Shown in pieces: positions 28,374 to 38,343 of a DNA stretch of 52,451 nucleotides. The notes below the pieces were generated by a model. It was given only the letters and a program-made list of their open reading frames with translations. It had not been told where the DNA came from and made no database searches. The DNA is taken from positions 1 through 52,451 of the forward strand of contig JAFSGU010000059.1 of assembly GCA_017440665.1 (NCBI GenBank), written 5' to 3'. Each line of letters begins with the position of its first letter. The first letter of the stretch is position 1. Source of the stretch: Clostridia bacterium (GTDB lineage: Bacteria > Bacillota > Clostridia > Oscillospirales > CAG-272). The position numbers and the translations under genes were made by a program.

Positions 28374-31264
28374 ATGGCAAAAACAGCGCCTATGTTTAAA
28401 ATCAACCAGATCGCTAAGGACCTCGGTATGAAGACCAAGGAAGTTACCAGCGAGGCTGAGGCTGCAGGTGTGGCAGGCAAGACCACATCCGCATCATTTG
28501 AGGCTGAAGAATTCAATATGTTCTTCGATCATATTACCTCAAACAACCAGATAAAGGATATGGACGGCTACCTTAAGGGTAAGACCGTTATCAAGACTGC
28601 CGAAGTTCAGGCGGCTGAAAAGGCAGCAGCTGAGAAGGCGGCAGCTGAGAAGGCGGCAGCTGAGAAGGCAGCGGCTGAAAAGGCGGCAGCTGAGAAGGCA
28701 GCGGCTGAAAAGGCGGCAGCTGAAAAGGCAGCGGCAGAGAAGGCAGCGGCTGAAAAGGCAGCGGCTGAAAAGGCGGCAGCTGAGAAGGCGGCAGCTGAGA
28801 AGGCAGCGGCTGAAAAGGCAGCGGCTGAGAAAGCGGCAGCTGAAAAGGCTAAGGCGCCTCAGCGCGACGTTAAGAAGGATGAACCCCGCCGCGATAACAG
28901 AGATAACAGAGGCGACCGTCCCCAGGGCGACCGTCGTGACAACCGTGACGCTCGTCCCGATAACCGCCAGGGCGGCTATCAGAACAGAGGTCAGGATGGC
29001 GGCAGAGGTGACCATCCTCAGGGCGACAGACGCGACAATCGCGACTCCCGTCCCGATAACCGTCAGGGCGGATACCAGAACAATCGTCAGGACGGCGGAT
29101 ATCAGAACAGAGGTCAGAGTGCTCCCCGTGACGACCGTAAGGGTCAGTTCGATAAGGGAGGGGATCGCAGATTCGATAAGGGCGGCGACCGCGGCTTTGA
29201 CAAGGGTGGACGCGACAAGGGATACGGCCTTGACCGTGCTCCCATCAAGCCTCAGCCCAAGCCTCAGGTAGAGACCGGCGTTGAAAAGAAGAAGACCGGT
29301 AACGTACGTGTGGTAGACACAAGAACCACAAACGTTAACCTTTCCAAGTATGACGAGAAGCTGGATTCCTTCGTAGGTGACGCACACGACAATACCGCAA
29401 ACAAGCAGAAGCTCAAGAAGAAGGGCGACAACAAGTTTGGCGGTAAGAAGAACGATAAGGAACGCCAGGCAATGGAGAAGCTCCATCGCGCTAATATTGA
29501 GAAGGCTAAGAAGATGCCCCTCAAGGTAACCATTCCCGACGAGATCTCCGTTGGAGAGCTTGCAAGCAGACTTAAGGTAACTGCGGCTGAGGTCATCAAG
29601 CGCCTTATGATGATGGGCGTTATGGCTACCGTTAACCAGGAGCTGGACTATGACACAGCTTATCTCGTAGCTGATGAGCTTGGTGCAGAGGTAACTAAGG
29701 AAGTTACCGTTACCATCGAGGAAAAGCTCTTCGGTGCAATCGAGGAAGAGACAGACGACAACCTTCTTCCCCGTGCTCCCGTTGTATGCGTAATGGGTCA
29801 CGTTGACCACGGTAAGACCTCCCTCCTTGACGCTATCAGAAATGCAAGAGTTACCGCAGGCGAGGCAGGCGGTATCACACAGCACATCGGTGCGTACAGA
29901 GTTGATCTTGACGGCCGTGAGATCACATTCCTTGATACCCCCGGTCACGAGGCGTTCACCGCAATGAGAGCGAGAGGTGCTAAGTCCACCGATATCGCCA
30001 TTCTCGTTGTTGCAGCTGACGACGGTATCATGCCCCAGACGATTGAGGCTATCAACCATGCCAAGAGCGCAGGTATTGATATAGTAGTTGCCATCAACAA
30101 GATGGATAAGCCCACAGCCAACCCCGAAAACGTTAAGGCGGAGCTTACCAAGTACGAGCTGGTTCCCGAGGAATGGGGCGGTGACGTAATGTGCGTTCCC
30201 GTATCCGCTATCACACGTCAGGGTATCGATGAGCTTCTTGAAAGCGTGCTTCTCGTTGCTGAAATGAAGGAGCTTAAGGCAAATCCCGACCGCCGTGCAA
30301 AGGGACTTGTTATTGAGGCAAGGCTTGATAAGGGCCGCGGTCCCGTAGCAACCGTTCTCGTTCAGAACGGTACTCTCCACGCAGGCGACACGGTTATCGC
30401 AGGTACCTCCGTAGGTCACGTAAGAGCAATGCTCAACGACCGCGGCGAGAGAGTAAGGTTGCAGGTCCCTCCGTTCCCGTTGAGATCACCGGTCTTTCCG
30501 AGGTTCCCATGGCGGGTGACGAGTTCAACGCAGTTGAAGACGAAAGAATGGCACGTGAGCTTGCAGAGCAGAGACGTATGAAGGCTAAGGAGGAGCAGTT
30601 CAAGCTCAACTCCAAGGTCAACCTTGACGATCTGTTTGCACAGATCTCCGAGGGCGCGAAGGAGCTTTCCGTTATCGTTAAGGCAGACGTTGGCGGTTCC
30701 GCAGAGGCTGTTAAGTCCTCTCTCGAGAAGCTTTCCAACGAAGAGGTCAAGGTCAGAGTTATCCACAGCGCGGTTGGCGGTATCACCGAGGGTGACGTTA
30801 TGCTCGCGGCTGCGGCAAACGCGATCATCGTAGGCTTTAACGTACGTCCCGACAAGGGTGCGGTTGATTCCGCAGAGCGTCAGAACGTTGACATCCGTAC
30901 GTATCGTATCATCTACGAGTGCATCGAAGAGATCTCCGCGGCTATGAAGGGTATGCTTGCTCCTACCTTCAAGGAAGTTGTTATCGGACGCTGTGAGGTT
31001 CGCCAGACTATCCGTGTTCCCGGTATCGGTATCATCGCAGGTTCTTACGTTACCGACGGTAAGGTTCAGAGAAATGCGCAGATCCGCGTAGTACGAGGCG
31101 GTATCGTTGTGTTTGAGGATAAGATATCCTCTCTCCGCCGTTTCAAGGACGACGTACGTGAGGTAGCTCAGGGCTACGAGTGCGGTATCGGACTTGAAAA
31201 GTGCACCGATATCAAGGAAGGCGACCAGCTTGAAGCATTCATCATGGAAGAAGTCGCAAGATAA
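28374..31264 (+). CDS. infB: translation initiation factor IF-2; reading frame interrupted by a 1-nt deletion near 30455
   Basis: [33 protein letters not shown] in ORF 28293..30581; C-terminal domains in ORF 30509..31264. One added base restores [16 protein letters not shown]. Confidence 0.95.
28611..28850 (+). repeat. 15-bp tandem repeat, 16 copies, encoding AAEKA in the IF-2 N-terminal region
   Basis: GCRGCWGARAARGCN units over 240 bp with synonymous variation. Confidence 0.95.
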
Positions 31265-31280
31265 ACTGAATAGATAAAAC

Positions 31281-31317
31281 AAAAAGGGGCTTTCCCGATG
31301 AGGGAAAGTCCTTTTTT
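31281..31317. terminator. bidirectional intrinsic terminator
   Basis: AAAAAGGGGCTTTCCC / GGGAAAGTCCTTTTT between convergent genes. Confidence 0.85.
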
Positions 31318-32456
31318 CATCTTACGAAATTCGGATCGTATTTATTGTTTGTAAACATACCGCGCATGGAGAAATATCTTTCATGTGTTCTCCAGCCGCT
31401 GGAGACGGAGTTTTCGTCGGCGAAAATAATAGTCGCCTCGGGGAAATTCTCTCTTATCTCGCCGTGCTTTACCTCGGACACGGGATTTGTGGGGAGCCAC
31501 AGACGCTCGATCTTGGGGAGGGAATAAATGCACGACAGATCGTACACTCTGTTCCAGCCGAAGTTAAGATCCACAAGCTCCGTACATTCTGCAAGGGGAG
31601 AAAGGTCAGTAATACTGTTTACGAAAAGCTCAAGATACTGCAGATTCTTAAGATTTGCAAGAGGTGAAAGATCGGTGATCTTGTTGTCTGCAAGTATAAG
31701 TACGCGAAGATCGCTAAGCCCTCCGATGGTCGTAAGATCGGTGATGTCCTGATGACCAAGGTCTATGGCGTAAAGATTCGTGCAGTATTTAAGAACTTCA
31801 ATGTCTTTGCTGGTCAGTCTGTCGTAGGTGTCGGACGCGTATATCATAACGGAGAAAGCCTCGTCGTCGGTACGGAGAGACCATTTTCCAAGATAAATGC
31901 GCCATACGAAGTCTATACCCGTATACTTTTCGCGGAGAGCGCCCATTTCCTCATTGGTGTAACCGCAATCACACATAACGAGCTTCGTGCCGTCTCCAAG
32001 TCCTGCCATGACCTTTTCAAGCGCAGCCTTGTCGGTGACGGTGTTGCCGCTGATGTCGATCTCAGTGGCTGTCATGTCGATGGTGAACGTACCGAAACCG
32101 ACCTTGGTAATAAGTCTGACGGAAGGATACTTTTCGGTAAGTGAAGCATATTCCTCGGCGGTGAGTGTCGTTCCGGGGGATGAGAGAAGCTTCAGGCTTC
32201 CTCTTTTCAGATAGCTTTCCACAGTCCCTGTAGTTAAGCTTACCGAGCTGTCGAGGATGATCTCTTCTTCGGTGACGACCTCTTCCGTATCAGCTCCGCC
32301 GATTGCGGACTGAGAAGTCTCCTCGCCGCTTTGCACCTGAGTCTGTGAGCTGTCCTTCTGAGGAAGATCAGCGTCGGTTACGTCTCTGCAAGAGACTGCA
32401 CATAAGGTAAGCGCGGCGATACAGAGCACCGCCGCGATATATTTGAAACGTCTCAT
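31317..32456 (-). CDS. leucine-rich-repeat lipoprotein (internalin-type LRRs)
   Basis: Lipobox AVSC; L..L.L..N.ITDLSPLA repeats. Confidence 0.88.
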   Translation of the reverse strand: MRRFKYIAAVLCIAALTLCAVSCRDVTDADLPQKDSSQTQVQSGEETSQSAIGGADTEEVVTEEEIILDSSVSLTTGTVESYLKRGSLKLLSSPGTTLTAEEYASLTEKYPSVRLITKVGFGTFTIDMTATEIDISGNTVTDKAALEKVMAGLGDGTKLVMCDCGYTNEEMGALREKYTGIDFVWRIYLGKWSLRTDDEAFSVMIYASDTYDRLTSKDIEVLKYCTNLYAIDLGHQDITDLTTIGGLSDLRVLILADNKITDLSPLANLKNLQYLELFVNSITDLSPLAECTELVDLNFGWNRVYDLSCIYSLPKIERLWLPTNPVSEVKHGEIRENFPEATIIFADENSVSSGWRTHERYFSMRGMFTNNKYDPNFVR

Positions 32457-32932
32457 TAGTCTTCGATAACTGTAACGCTTTCCATGACCTGATCACGGAG
32501 AGGCTTGTCCATAAAGTTGGTCTGTACGTTTGCGATCTTGTCAACAACGTCCATACCCTCAACTACCTTACCGAATGCGGCATACTGACCGTCAAGGAAG
32601 GTGGAGTCCTTGTGAACGATGAAGAACTGGGATGATGCGGAGTTGGGGCTCTGTGCGCGAGCCATGGAGATTACGCCGCGTACGTGGGAGATGGGGTTTG
32701 CGTGTCCGTTGATGGCAAACTCACCTACGATGTTTTCGTCGCTTCCGCCCATACCGCTGCCTGTGGGGTCGCCGCCCTGGATCATAAATCCTGCGATAAC
32801 GCGGTGGAAGATAAGGCCGTTATAAAAGCCTTCCTTTGCGAGCTTTAAAAAGTTTTCTACTGTCTTGGGAGCAGCTGCAGCATCAAGCTCAAGCTTGATT
32901 ATGCCGCCGTCCTGCATTTTGATCTCTACCAT
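32456..32932 (-). CDS. ppiB: cyclophilin-type peptidyl-prolyl cis-trans isomerase
   Basis: APKTVENF, FHRVIAGFMIQGGDP, SMAR..PNSASSQFFI, LDGQYAAFG. Confidence 0.95.
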   Translation of the reverse strand: MVEIKMQDGGIIKLELDAAAAPKTVENFLKLAKEGFYNGLIFHRVIAGFMIQGGDPTGSGMGGSDENIVGEFAINGHANPISHVRGVISMARAQSPNSASSQFFIVHKDSTFLDGQYAAFGKVVEGMDVVDKIANVQTNFMDKPLRDQVMESVTVIED

Positions 32933-33009
32933 TTTATTTTTCTCCTTGGATTTGAAAATCTATTTGATATTGTAACAGATTGACAGGGGTTTGTCAAGAG
33001 GGATCGGCC

Positions 33010-33435
33010 TTACTGTACCGCCGGCTTCGGCTCGTGGGGATTTCCCGTAACAATGGGTACACCGCCCGCAGATGAGGTTATCTGCGAAACCAGCAGAGTT
33101 GTCCTTGCGTTAAGTTCACTCATAATGGCGGGATTAGCCTTTGTGAATTCGTTTACGATATTCACCTCCTGCCAGTTTACCTCGCCGATGCGGGAGGGAT
33201 CAAATCGGAGGAATACCCCGAATGAAACTGAAAGGGTGAAAAGAGCCTCAGGCTCAAATGCGAGACGGCGGTTGAAGATCACCTTCACTCCGCGGTCAGC
33301 GATAAGCTGAGCGACGACGGTGTCGCGGCAACCGAGACGCATCAGGGCTTTTTTATCTGATTTTACGGTCTCGTAATTGATATTTTCAAGAAACAGTTTT
33401 TTCTCTTTTAAAAAATAGCCGTTGAAGTTTTCCAT
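33010..33435 (-). CDS. hypothetical protein, probable SecB-like fold
   Basis: Strand-rich N-terminal part, then a helix and R..L.SQITS..G..PI C-terminal motif typical of SecB-like proteins. Confidence 0.6.
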   Translation of the reverse strand: MENFNGYFLKEKKLFLENINYETVKSDKKALMRLGCRDTVVAQLIADRGVKVIFNRRLAFEPEALFTLSVSFGVFLRFDPSRIGEVNWQEVNIVNEFTKANPAIMSELNARTTLLVSQITSSAGGVPIVTGNPHEPKPAVQ

Positions 33436-33473
33436 TGAATCTACCTCATTATGTACTGATGCAGAAAGGGTAT

Positions 33474-33694
33474 AAAAAAGCCCCGCGTGTGCCGATGAAA
33501 GCGAAGAAGAAACCCTGCTAATGCAAGGGCGGTGCCCTCTCGTCCGGTTCGTGCTCCCAGCATCCTGCTACCGCAGAGGCGCAAAGTGCGCGATGGCGGT
33601 AGAGGGAGGTCTGCATCCTCACGGCCGAAGCCCGGGCTCCTTTTTACTCTTTGTGGGTTTTTATCGCTCGTCAGTCGAACACCGCAGGGGTTTT
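33474..33694 (-). ncRNA. ssrS: 6S RNA
   Basis: Minus strand: 5' CCCCUGCGGUGUUCG pairs with 3' CGGCACACGCGGGG plus U-tail. A-rich bubble followed by GGAGCCCG, and GAGGGCACC..CUUGC..GCAGGGUU, as in Firmicutes 6S RNAs. Confidence 0.85.
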
Positions 33695-33710
33695 AACCTT
33701 GCCTGTATAC

Positions 33711-34007
33711 TCAGTTCTGGTCGTCGTAGAAGATATCAGCAAACTCATCGTCGAAAATGTCAGCGATGGTGTCGAACTCCTCGTCGTCCTCGATGGTCTC
33801 GAGAACTACCTCGCCGTCCTCAAGAGCTACGCACTTAAGAACAACGTACTCGTCACTTGTCTCTTCGCCGTTTTCGTCAACGGGGATGAGAGCCTTGTAC
33901 TCGGTGCCCTCATGCTCGAGAGTAGCGAGAAGAGCAAAATTAAGCTCGTTGCCTTCTTCGTCTGTGAGAGTGTATATTTCGGGATCGTAGATTTCGTTGT
34001 TTTCCAT
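33711..34007 (-). CDS. DUF1292 family acidic protein
   Basis: TLTDEEGNE..F......EG.EY.AL.P, L.TIEDDEEFD. Confidence 0.88.
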   Translation of the reverse strand: MENNEIYDPEIYTLTDEEGNELNFALLATLEHEGTEYKALIPVDENGEETSDEYVVLKCVALEDGEVVLETIEDDEEFDTIADIFDDEFADIFYDDQN

Positions 34008-34135
34008 TATCGGGAACCAAACCTTTCTTCGTTATTTATCATTCTCTGTACAGCTATATTTTATACCAAAAACGCCGTTTTGTCAAGACGCTTTTTTTGT
34101 CGCATGTGAATTTTAACTTTTTTGACACGTAAGTG

Positions 34136-34339
34136 TCAATTCTGCTTTGCTACGGTCTTGTACTCGTCATAGGGCTTGAAATAGGGGCAACCGCCCGAAA
34201 AAGTACCCATAAGGTACATTCTGTAGTCGTCCTCGTCAAGGTCGGCGTGACATATCTTCTCACCGAGGCCTTCGTCATCGTCAGCTATATCGTAATATTC
34301 ACATTCTTCGCAAATTCCGTGAATCTTTTTACCCTTCAT
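34136..34339 (-). CDS. DUF6472-like small Cys-rich protein
   Basis: CEECEYY...C..DLDEDD...CPYF...DEYK.V.KQ; GGAGA RBS. Confidence 0.75.
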   Translation of the reverse strand: MKGKKIHGICEECEYYDIADDDEGLGEKICHADLDEDDYRMYLMGTFSGGCPYFKPYDEYKTVAKQN

Positions 34340-34364
34340 GGTTTTCTCCGTTTTTATAAAAATT

Positions 34365-35747
34365 TTATTCCTTCACCACGCGGAAACAGTTGTCTTCCAT
34401 GCCGCGCAGGTCAATTCCCGCAGCCTTTAATACCAATGCTTCCGTGACGGTAATGTGGTCTATTACCTCGCCGGGGACACATATGGGAATTCCCGGAGGG
34501 TAAGCGTATACGTAACGAGCCGATATCTTTCCCACCGCTTCATAGCCTTTACAGTATTCGCCGGGAAGAAGCACGGCTTCGGCTATAGACATTTTACAGG
34601 TGGGTATGTGAGTACGTCCCATGGGGATATTTGTACCGTAAGTGTATATTTTTTCATCAGCTGCCTCAGCCGCCCTTGCAAGAGCGTCCAAGGTCTCGGG
34701 GGTGTCTCCCGCGCCCGTCATGGCAACGGTATAGTATTTACTTACCATTTCGGGCTCAACGTTATTTTCACGCAGGATAGAGGCAAGCTCCGCTCCGCCT
34801 CGTAAGACGATCTTTGATACGTCCAGGTCGTACACATCATACAGTCCGTCAAAAACGTATGCGTTTTGCAGGATGCTGAGGCGGTCGCGTATCATCATTA
34901 CCGCATCATACCACTCACGGAGACACCGCTCTCCTTCAGCCGATGCTAAAAATTTCACCGCGCCGTCGATGGATGCAGACAGGATATATGACGGACTGCT
35001 GGTCTGAAATATGGTCATCTGCCTCTTTATCTCACCGTAGGGGACAAGCTCTCCGCTTAAGTGGAGAAGTGCCGTCTGCGTCAGTGAGGGTAGGGTCTTG
35101 TGTATACTTTGTACCACAATGTCCGCTCCGCACTTTACCGCACCGTCAGAGAAGATCCCGTAAAGACCGAGATGCGCACCGTGTGCCTCGTCCACCATAA
35201 GCGGGACACCTCTGCGGTGGCAGATATCAGCGATAGCTCTAACGTCGCTTATAACACCCTCGTAGGTGGGACTTGTGATGATAACAAGCTTTACGTCGGG
35301 ATAAAGCCGAAGCTTTTCTTCCACCTCATCTGTCGAAACTGATGAGGAAAAACCGAATGCTGTAAGGTCAGTCTTAAGATATACTGCCTCAGAACGGGTC
35401 AGCTCAAGAGCGTGGTATACCGATCTGTGGCATCCGCGGCTCATCAGCACGCGTCCTCCGTTACCCAAAACGCCTCTTACAGCGGCAAGGATGGCGCCGC
35501 TGCTTCCGTTTACCGAATAGATGCACTCTGCGCTTCCCCAAAGGGATGCGGCAAGACGTTCCGACTCAAGGAAGATGCCGTCGGGGGAATTCAAGTCGTC
35601 AAAGCCTTCGATCTCGGTGATGTCAAGAGTGCCGCCGATGGGGGCAAGATGAGCAAAGGACGGATTTCTCTTGTGCCCCGGCATATGCATGGGGACACGT
35701 CCGAGACGGGAATTTTTCTGCAGCTTTTCAAGTATGCTCCCCTTCAC
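34365..35747 (-). CDS. Orn/Lys/Arg decarboxylase family PLP enzyme (YaaO-like)
   Basis: HMPGHK, DITEI.GFDDL, VNGSS, TSPTYEG, DEAHGAH, QSIHKTLP, TSSPSY, YPPGIP. GTG start at 35747 after AGGAGG; the ORF-track extension overlaps the upstream gene. Confidence 0.9.
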   Translation of the reverse strand: MKGSILEKLQKNSRLGRVPMHMPGHKRNPSFAHLAPIGGTLDITEIEGFDDLNSPDGIFLESERLAASLWGSAECIYSVNGSSGAILAAVRGVLGNGGRVLMSRGCHRSVYHALELTRSEAVYLKTDLTAFGFSSSVSTDEVEEKLRLYPDVKLVIITSPTYEGVISDVRAIADICHRRGVPLMVDEAHGAHLGLYGIFSDGAVKCGADIVVQSIHKTLPSLTQTALLHLSGELVPYGEIKRQMTIFQTSSPSYILSASIDGAVKFLASAEGERCLREWYDAVMMIRDRLSILQNAYVFDGLYDVYDLDVSKIVLRGGAELASILRENNVEPEMVSKYYTVAMTGAGDTPETLDALARAAEAADEKIYTYGTNIPMGRTHIPTCKMSIAEAVLLPGEYCKGYEAVGKISARYVYAYPPGIPICVPGEVIDHITVTEALVLKAAGIDLRGMEDNCFRVVKE

Positions 35748-35769
35748 GTTACGCCTCCTTTCTTCAAAT

Positions 35770-35801
35770 GGCGGAGAGGATATTCGTACATCCTCTCCGC
35801 C
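35770..35801 (-). terminator. strong intergenic hairpin (terminator or mRNA-stabilising)
   Basis: 12-bp perfect stem GGCGGAGAGGAT / ATCCTCTCCGCC; weak U-tail. Confidence 0.55.
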
Positions 35802-35820
35802 TGTGAATTTATTTAGAATT

Positions 35821-37038
35821 TTATGCTCTTGTGATCTTGATAACTTCCATATGACCGGGAGCAAGGCACATGGGAGAAGACTTTCCGGGACCCTTGAGAT
35901 CGCCTCTTGTGAAGCAGTCAACAAGCTTGTCGCCGTTGTAGTATACGAACTCAGCCTTTGCAACCTTTTCGGAGAAGTGGAGAGTCATGTGATATGAGTT
36001 TTCCATGTCGGTGTTGACAACTGCGATGTAATCGTTGCCGTCTTCATCCTTGAAGAAGCTGAGCATACCGCTTCTGCAGTCTGCGTGCTCGATAAGGTCG
36101 GATGCACCGGGAGTGAAGTAGGGGTAACCGCCGAAGCTTACACCCAGACCGTAGGACTCAATGTGGGACAGACGGTTGAAGAGACCGCCGTAGAGGATGT
36201 TGAACTTCTTCTGAACTCTTGCAAGGTCATAGAAGTGTCCGGTCTTGATGCCGAACTCGTCGATGGGAGACTCTCTGTAGTCGAAAGCCACGATCTTGTC
36301 GTAAAGTCTGAACCAGACCGCACCCTTACATCCGCATGCTACGGGTACGTTGATCTGCCAACGGAAGTCGTCAACTGTGGGAGCACGGTAGAAGTCGTGT
36401 GCGCTGGAAAGGGGAGTGACCCAAACGTCAACGCCTGCCTTTTTACCTGCTTCAACGAAGGTACGGATATTATACATTGCCTCGAACACGCCGCTCTTGT
36501 CGCGGAAGAGCTGAGAATATACGCCGAAGCCGATAATGTCGGCGCCTGAGTAATCCTTGAACTTCTTTACCCAGTCGTTGATATTCTGCTCGCCCTTAAG
36601 GAGCATACGCTCAGTACGCTCGATGCTTCCGAAGTTGGTGTATACGTGGCACTCGGGATGGCACTCGCGGATGATCTTCATACCTTCGAAATATGCCTCT
36701 TCACTGTCGGTGTTGGGCTCCTCACCTACGTAGTAGCCGTAAACAGCGGGGTGACGGCCGAAGGTGTCTACGATGGTCATAACGTCTGCTCTGTAAACGT
36801 CAGCGCCATTGTAGTAGTTTTCAAGGAACATCTTGTCAAACTGAAGGATGACCTGGATGCCGAGAGACCGGGCGTCGTCAAGAATTGCGATAAGGTCCTC
36901 GTTTTTGTCGTGTCCGAGCGTGAACACGGGAAGAGTGGGAGTTGTGATACCAAGCTCGATCCAGTCGCGGAGCATCTGAGACTTGTAGTCCGCAAATGCG
37001 TTGTAGTTCCAAAACGTGGTATGTATGATGTTTGCCAT
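35821..37038 (-). CDS. cytoplasmic glycoside-hydrolase-like TIM-barrel protein (clan GH-A like)
   Basis: HPAVYGYYVGEEP, RWQ....VACGCKGAVWF, C-terminal beta domain ending L.PG; ATG 37038 after GGAGAG. Confidence 0.7.
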   Translation of the reverse strand: MANIIHTTFWNYNAFADYKSQMLRDWIELGITTPTLPVFTLGHDKNEDLIAILDDARSLGIQVILQFDKMFLENYYNGADVYRADVMTIVDTFGRHPAVYGYYVGEEPNTDSEEAYFEGMKIIRECHPECHVYTNFGSIERTERMLLKGEQNINDWVKKFKDYSGADIIGFGVYSQLFRDKSGVFEAMYNIRTFVEAGKKAGVDVWVTPLSSAHDFYRAPTVDDFRWQINVPVACGCKGAVWFRLYDKIVAFDYRESPIDEFGIKTGHFYDLARVQKKFNILYGGLFNRLSHIESYGLGVSFGGYPYFTPGASDLIEHADCRSGMLSFFKDEDGNDYIAVVNTDMENSYHMTLHFSEKVAKAEFVYYNGDKLVDCFTRGDLKGPGKSSPMCLAPGHMEVIKITRA

Positions 37039-37332
37039 AAAGCTCTCCGTTCTGCCGATATCGGCGGGGTCAGTGCGCGTTTGTGCTTTTTCCGCGTTGG
37101 GAAATAACACCGCAGAAATATGACCCGTTATGAATTTGGGTGTACGTCAATGCCGTACCTATCTTCTTATAATATATCATGGGAAACGTTTTTTGTCAAG
37201 TAAAATAAGCGTATATAACGCCTTGTGAGTTGCACCCGCGCTTGAAAATTAACAGTTTTTATATTGACTTTTTCTCTTTTTCCTATTATACTGTTCTTAA
37301 TAAGTATAATATTGAAAAAACAGGAGACACAT

Positions 37333-38310
37333 ATGAAAATATACAGGATCTTGGCAGCTTTTCTTGCCGTCTTAATGATGCTCGCGGTGCTTGTTTCATG
37401 CGGAAAAGAGGATGAGACCGTACTGTCGATTGGCGGCTTTGACGTGCCCTATCACGTTTACAGATATATTGCGGTAAACTCAAGACGTGACGTTGAAGCT
37501 CAGTTCGGTGAGGACGTTTGGAGCTCCGATAAGGCTGACGAAGCGAGGGCTATCCTTGAAGAAAACGTAAAAGACTCCCTTCTCAACCTTTACACCGTAT
37601 GCTCACTGGGAGCGGATTTCGGCGTTTCATGGAGCGATGACTTAGTTTCGGCTCAGGCCGAGCTTCAGTATCAGAGCGCTGTTGCCGAATACGAAAACGA
37701 ACGTGAATTCAAGAAGGCGCTTGAAGAGATGGCAATGACTGAGGATACCTTCAGATTCATCCTTTCAAACAGCATCCTCAACAACGAGGCATACGCGGCA
37801 ATGATCGCGTCCGACAAGAAGTACACCGACAAGGAATACCTGCAGGATATCTTTGACGGTGACGAATTTATAAGAGTCAAGCAGATACTTGTGGGAGATG
37901 CTTACTCCGCAAGCGACGAAGCAAAGCTCGAAAAGGCGCAGGACATCAAGGCAAGCCTTGACGCGGGCGAGGATTTCGACGATCTTTGCAGAGCCTTCAA
38001 CAACGATCTTTACATGTTTGAAAATGACGACGGTTATTACATAATGCGCGGTACACGCAACTTCGAGTTCGAAGAGGCGGCGTTTGCCCTTGAGGTGGGC
38101 GAGACGGGCGATATCGTAAAAACCGACGTGGGCTACAGCATAATCAAGCGTTACGAGAAGGACGCGGAATATATTGCTGAGAATTTCGATGCTCTGGCTG
38201 CGGAATACTATGAGTCCGTATACAGTATCATGTACGAGGAAAGATACGAAAAGCTTTCAGGCGAGCTTAAGAGTCTGCCTGAGGCTTACGACGCTACAGA
38301 GATAGAATAA
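37333..38310 (+). CDS. PrsA/parvulin-type peptidyl-prolyl isomerase lipoprotein (foldase)
   Basis: Lipobox LVSC; RVKQILV, GEDFD.L, FEEAAFALEVGE...IVKT..GYSII; AGGAG RBS. Confidence 0.85.
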   Translation: MKIYRILAAFLAVLMMLAVLVSCGKEDETVLSIGGFDVPYHVYRYIAVNSRRDVEAQFGEDVWSSDKADEARAILEENVKDSLLNLYTVCSLGADFGVSWSDDLVSAQAELQYQSAVAEYENEREFKKALEEMAMTEDTFRFILSNSILNNEAYAAMIASDKKYTDKEYLQDIFDGDEFIRVKQILVGDAYSASDEAKLEKAQDIKASLDAGEDFDDLCRAFNNDLYMFENDDGYYIMRGTRNFEFEEAAFALEVGETGDIVKTDVGYSIIKRYEKDAEYIAENFDALAAEYYESVYSIMYEERYEKLSGELKSLPEAYDATEIE

Positions 38311-38343
38311 AAAACGCAGAAAACTGACAAGGGGGGAACGGAT

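Noticed and set aside
28539-30419. 626-aa antisense ORF (and 30416..31282)
   Set aside because: Antisense shadow of the strongly codon-biased infB; no RBS or protein motifs.
30445-30470. Programmed ribosomal frameshift in infB
   Set aside because: No slippery sequence or stimulatory structure is evident; an indel error is simpler.
35748-35963. N-terminal extension of the decarboxylase ORF
   Set aside because: Overlaps the upstream gene and a hairpin; a strong RBS and GTG lie at 35747.
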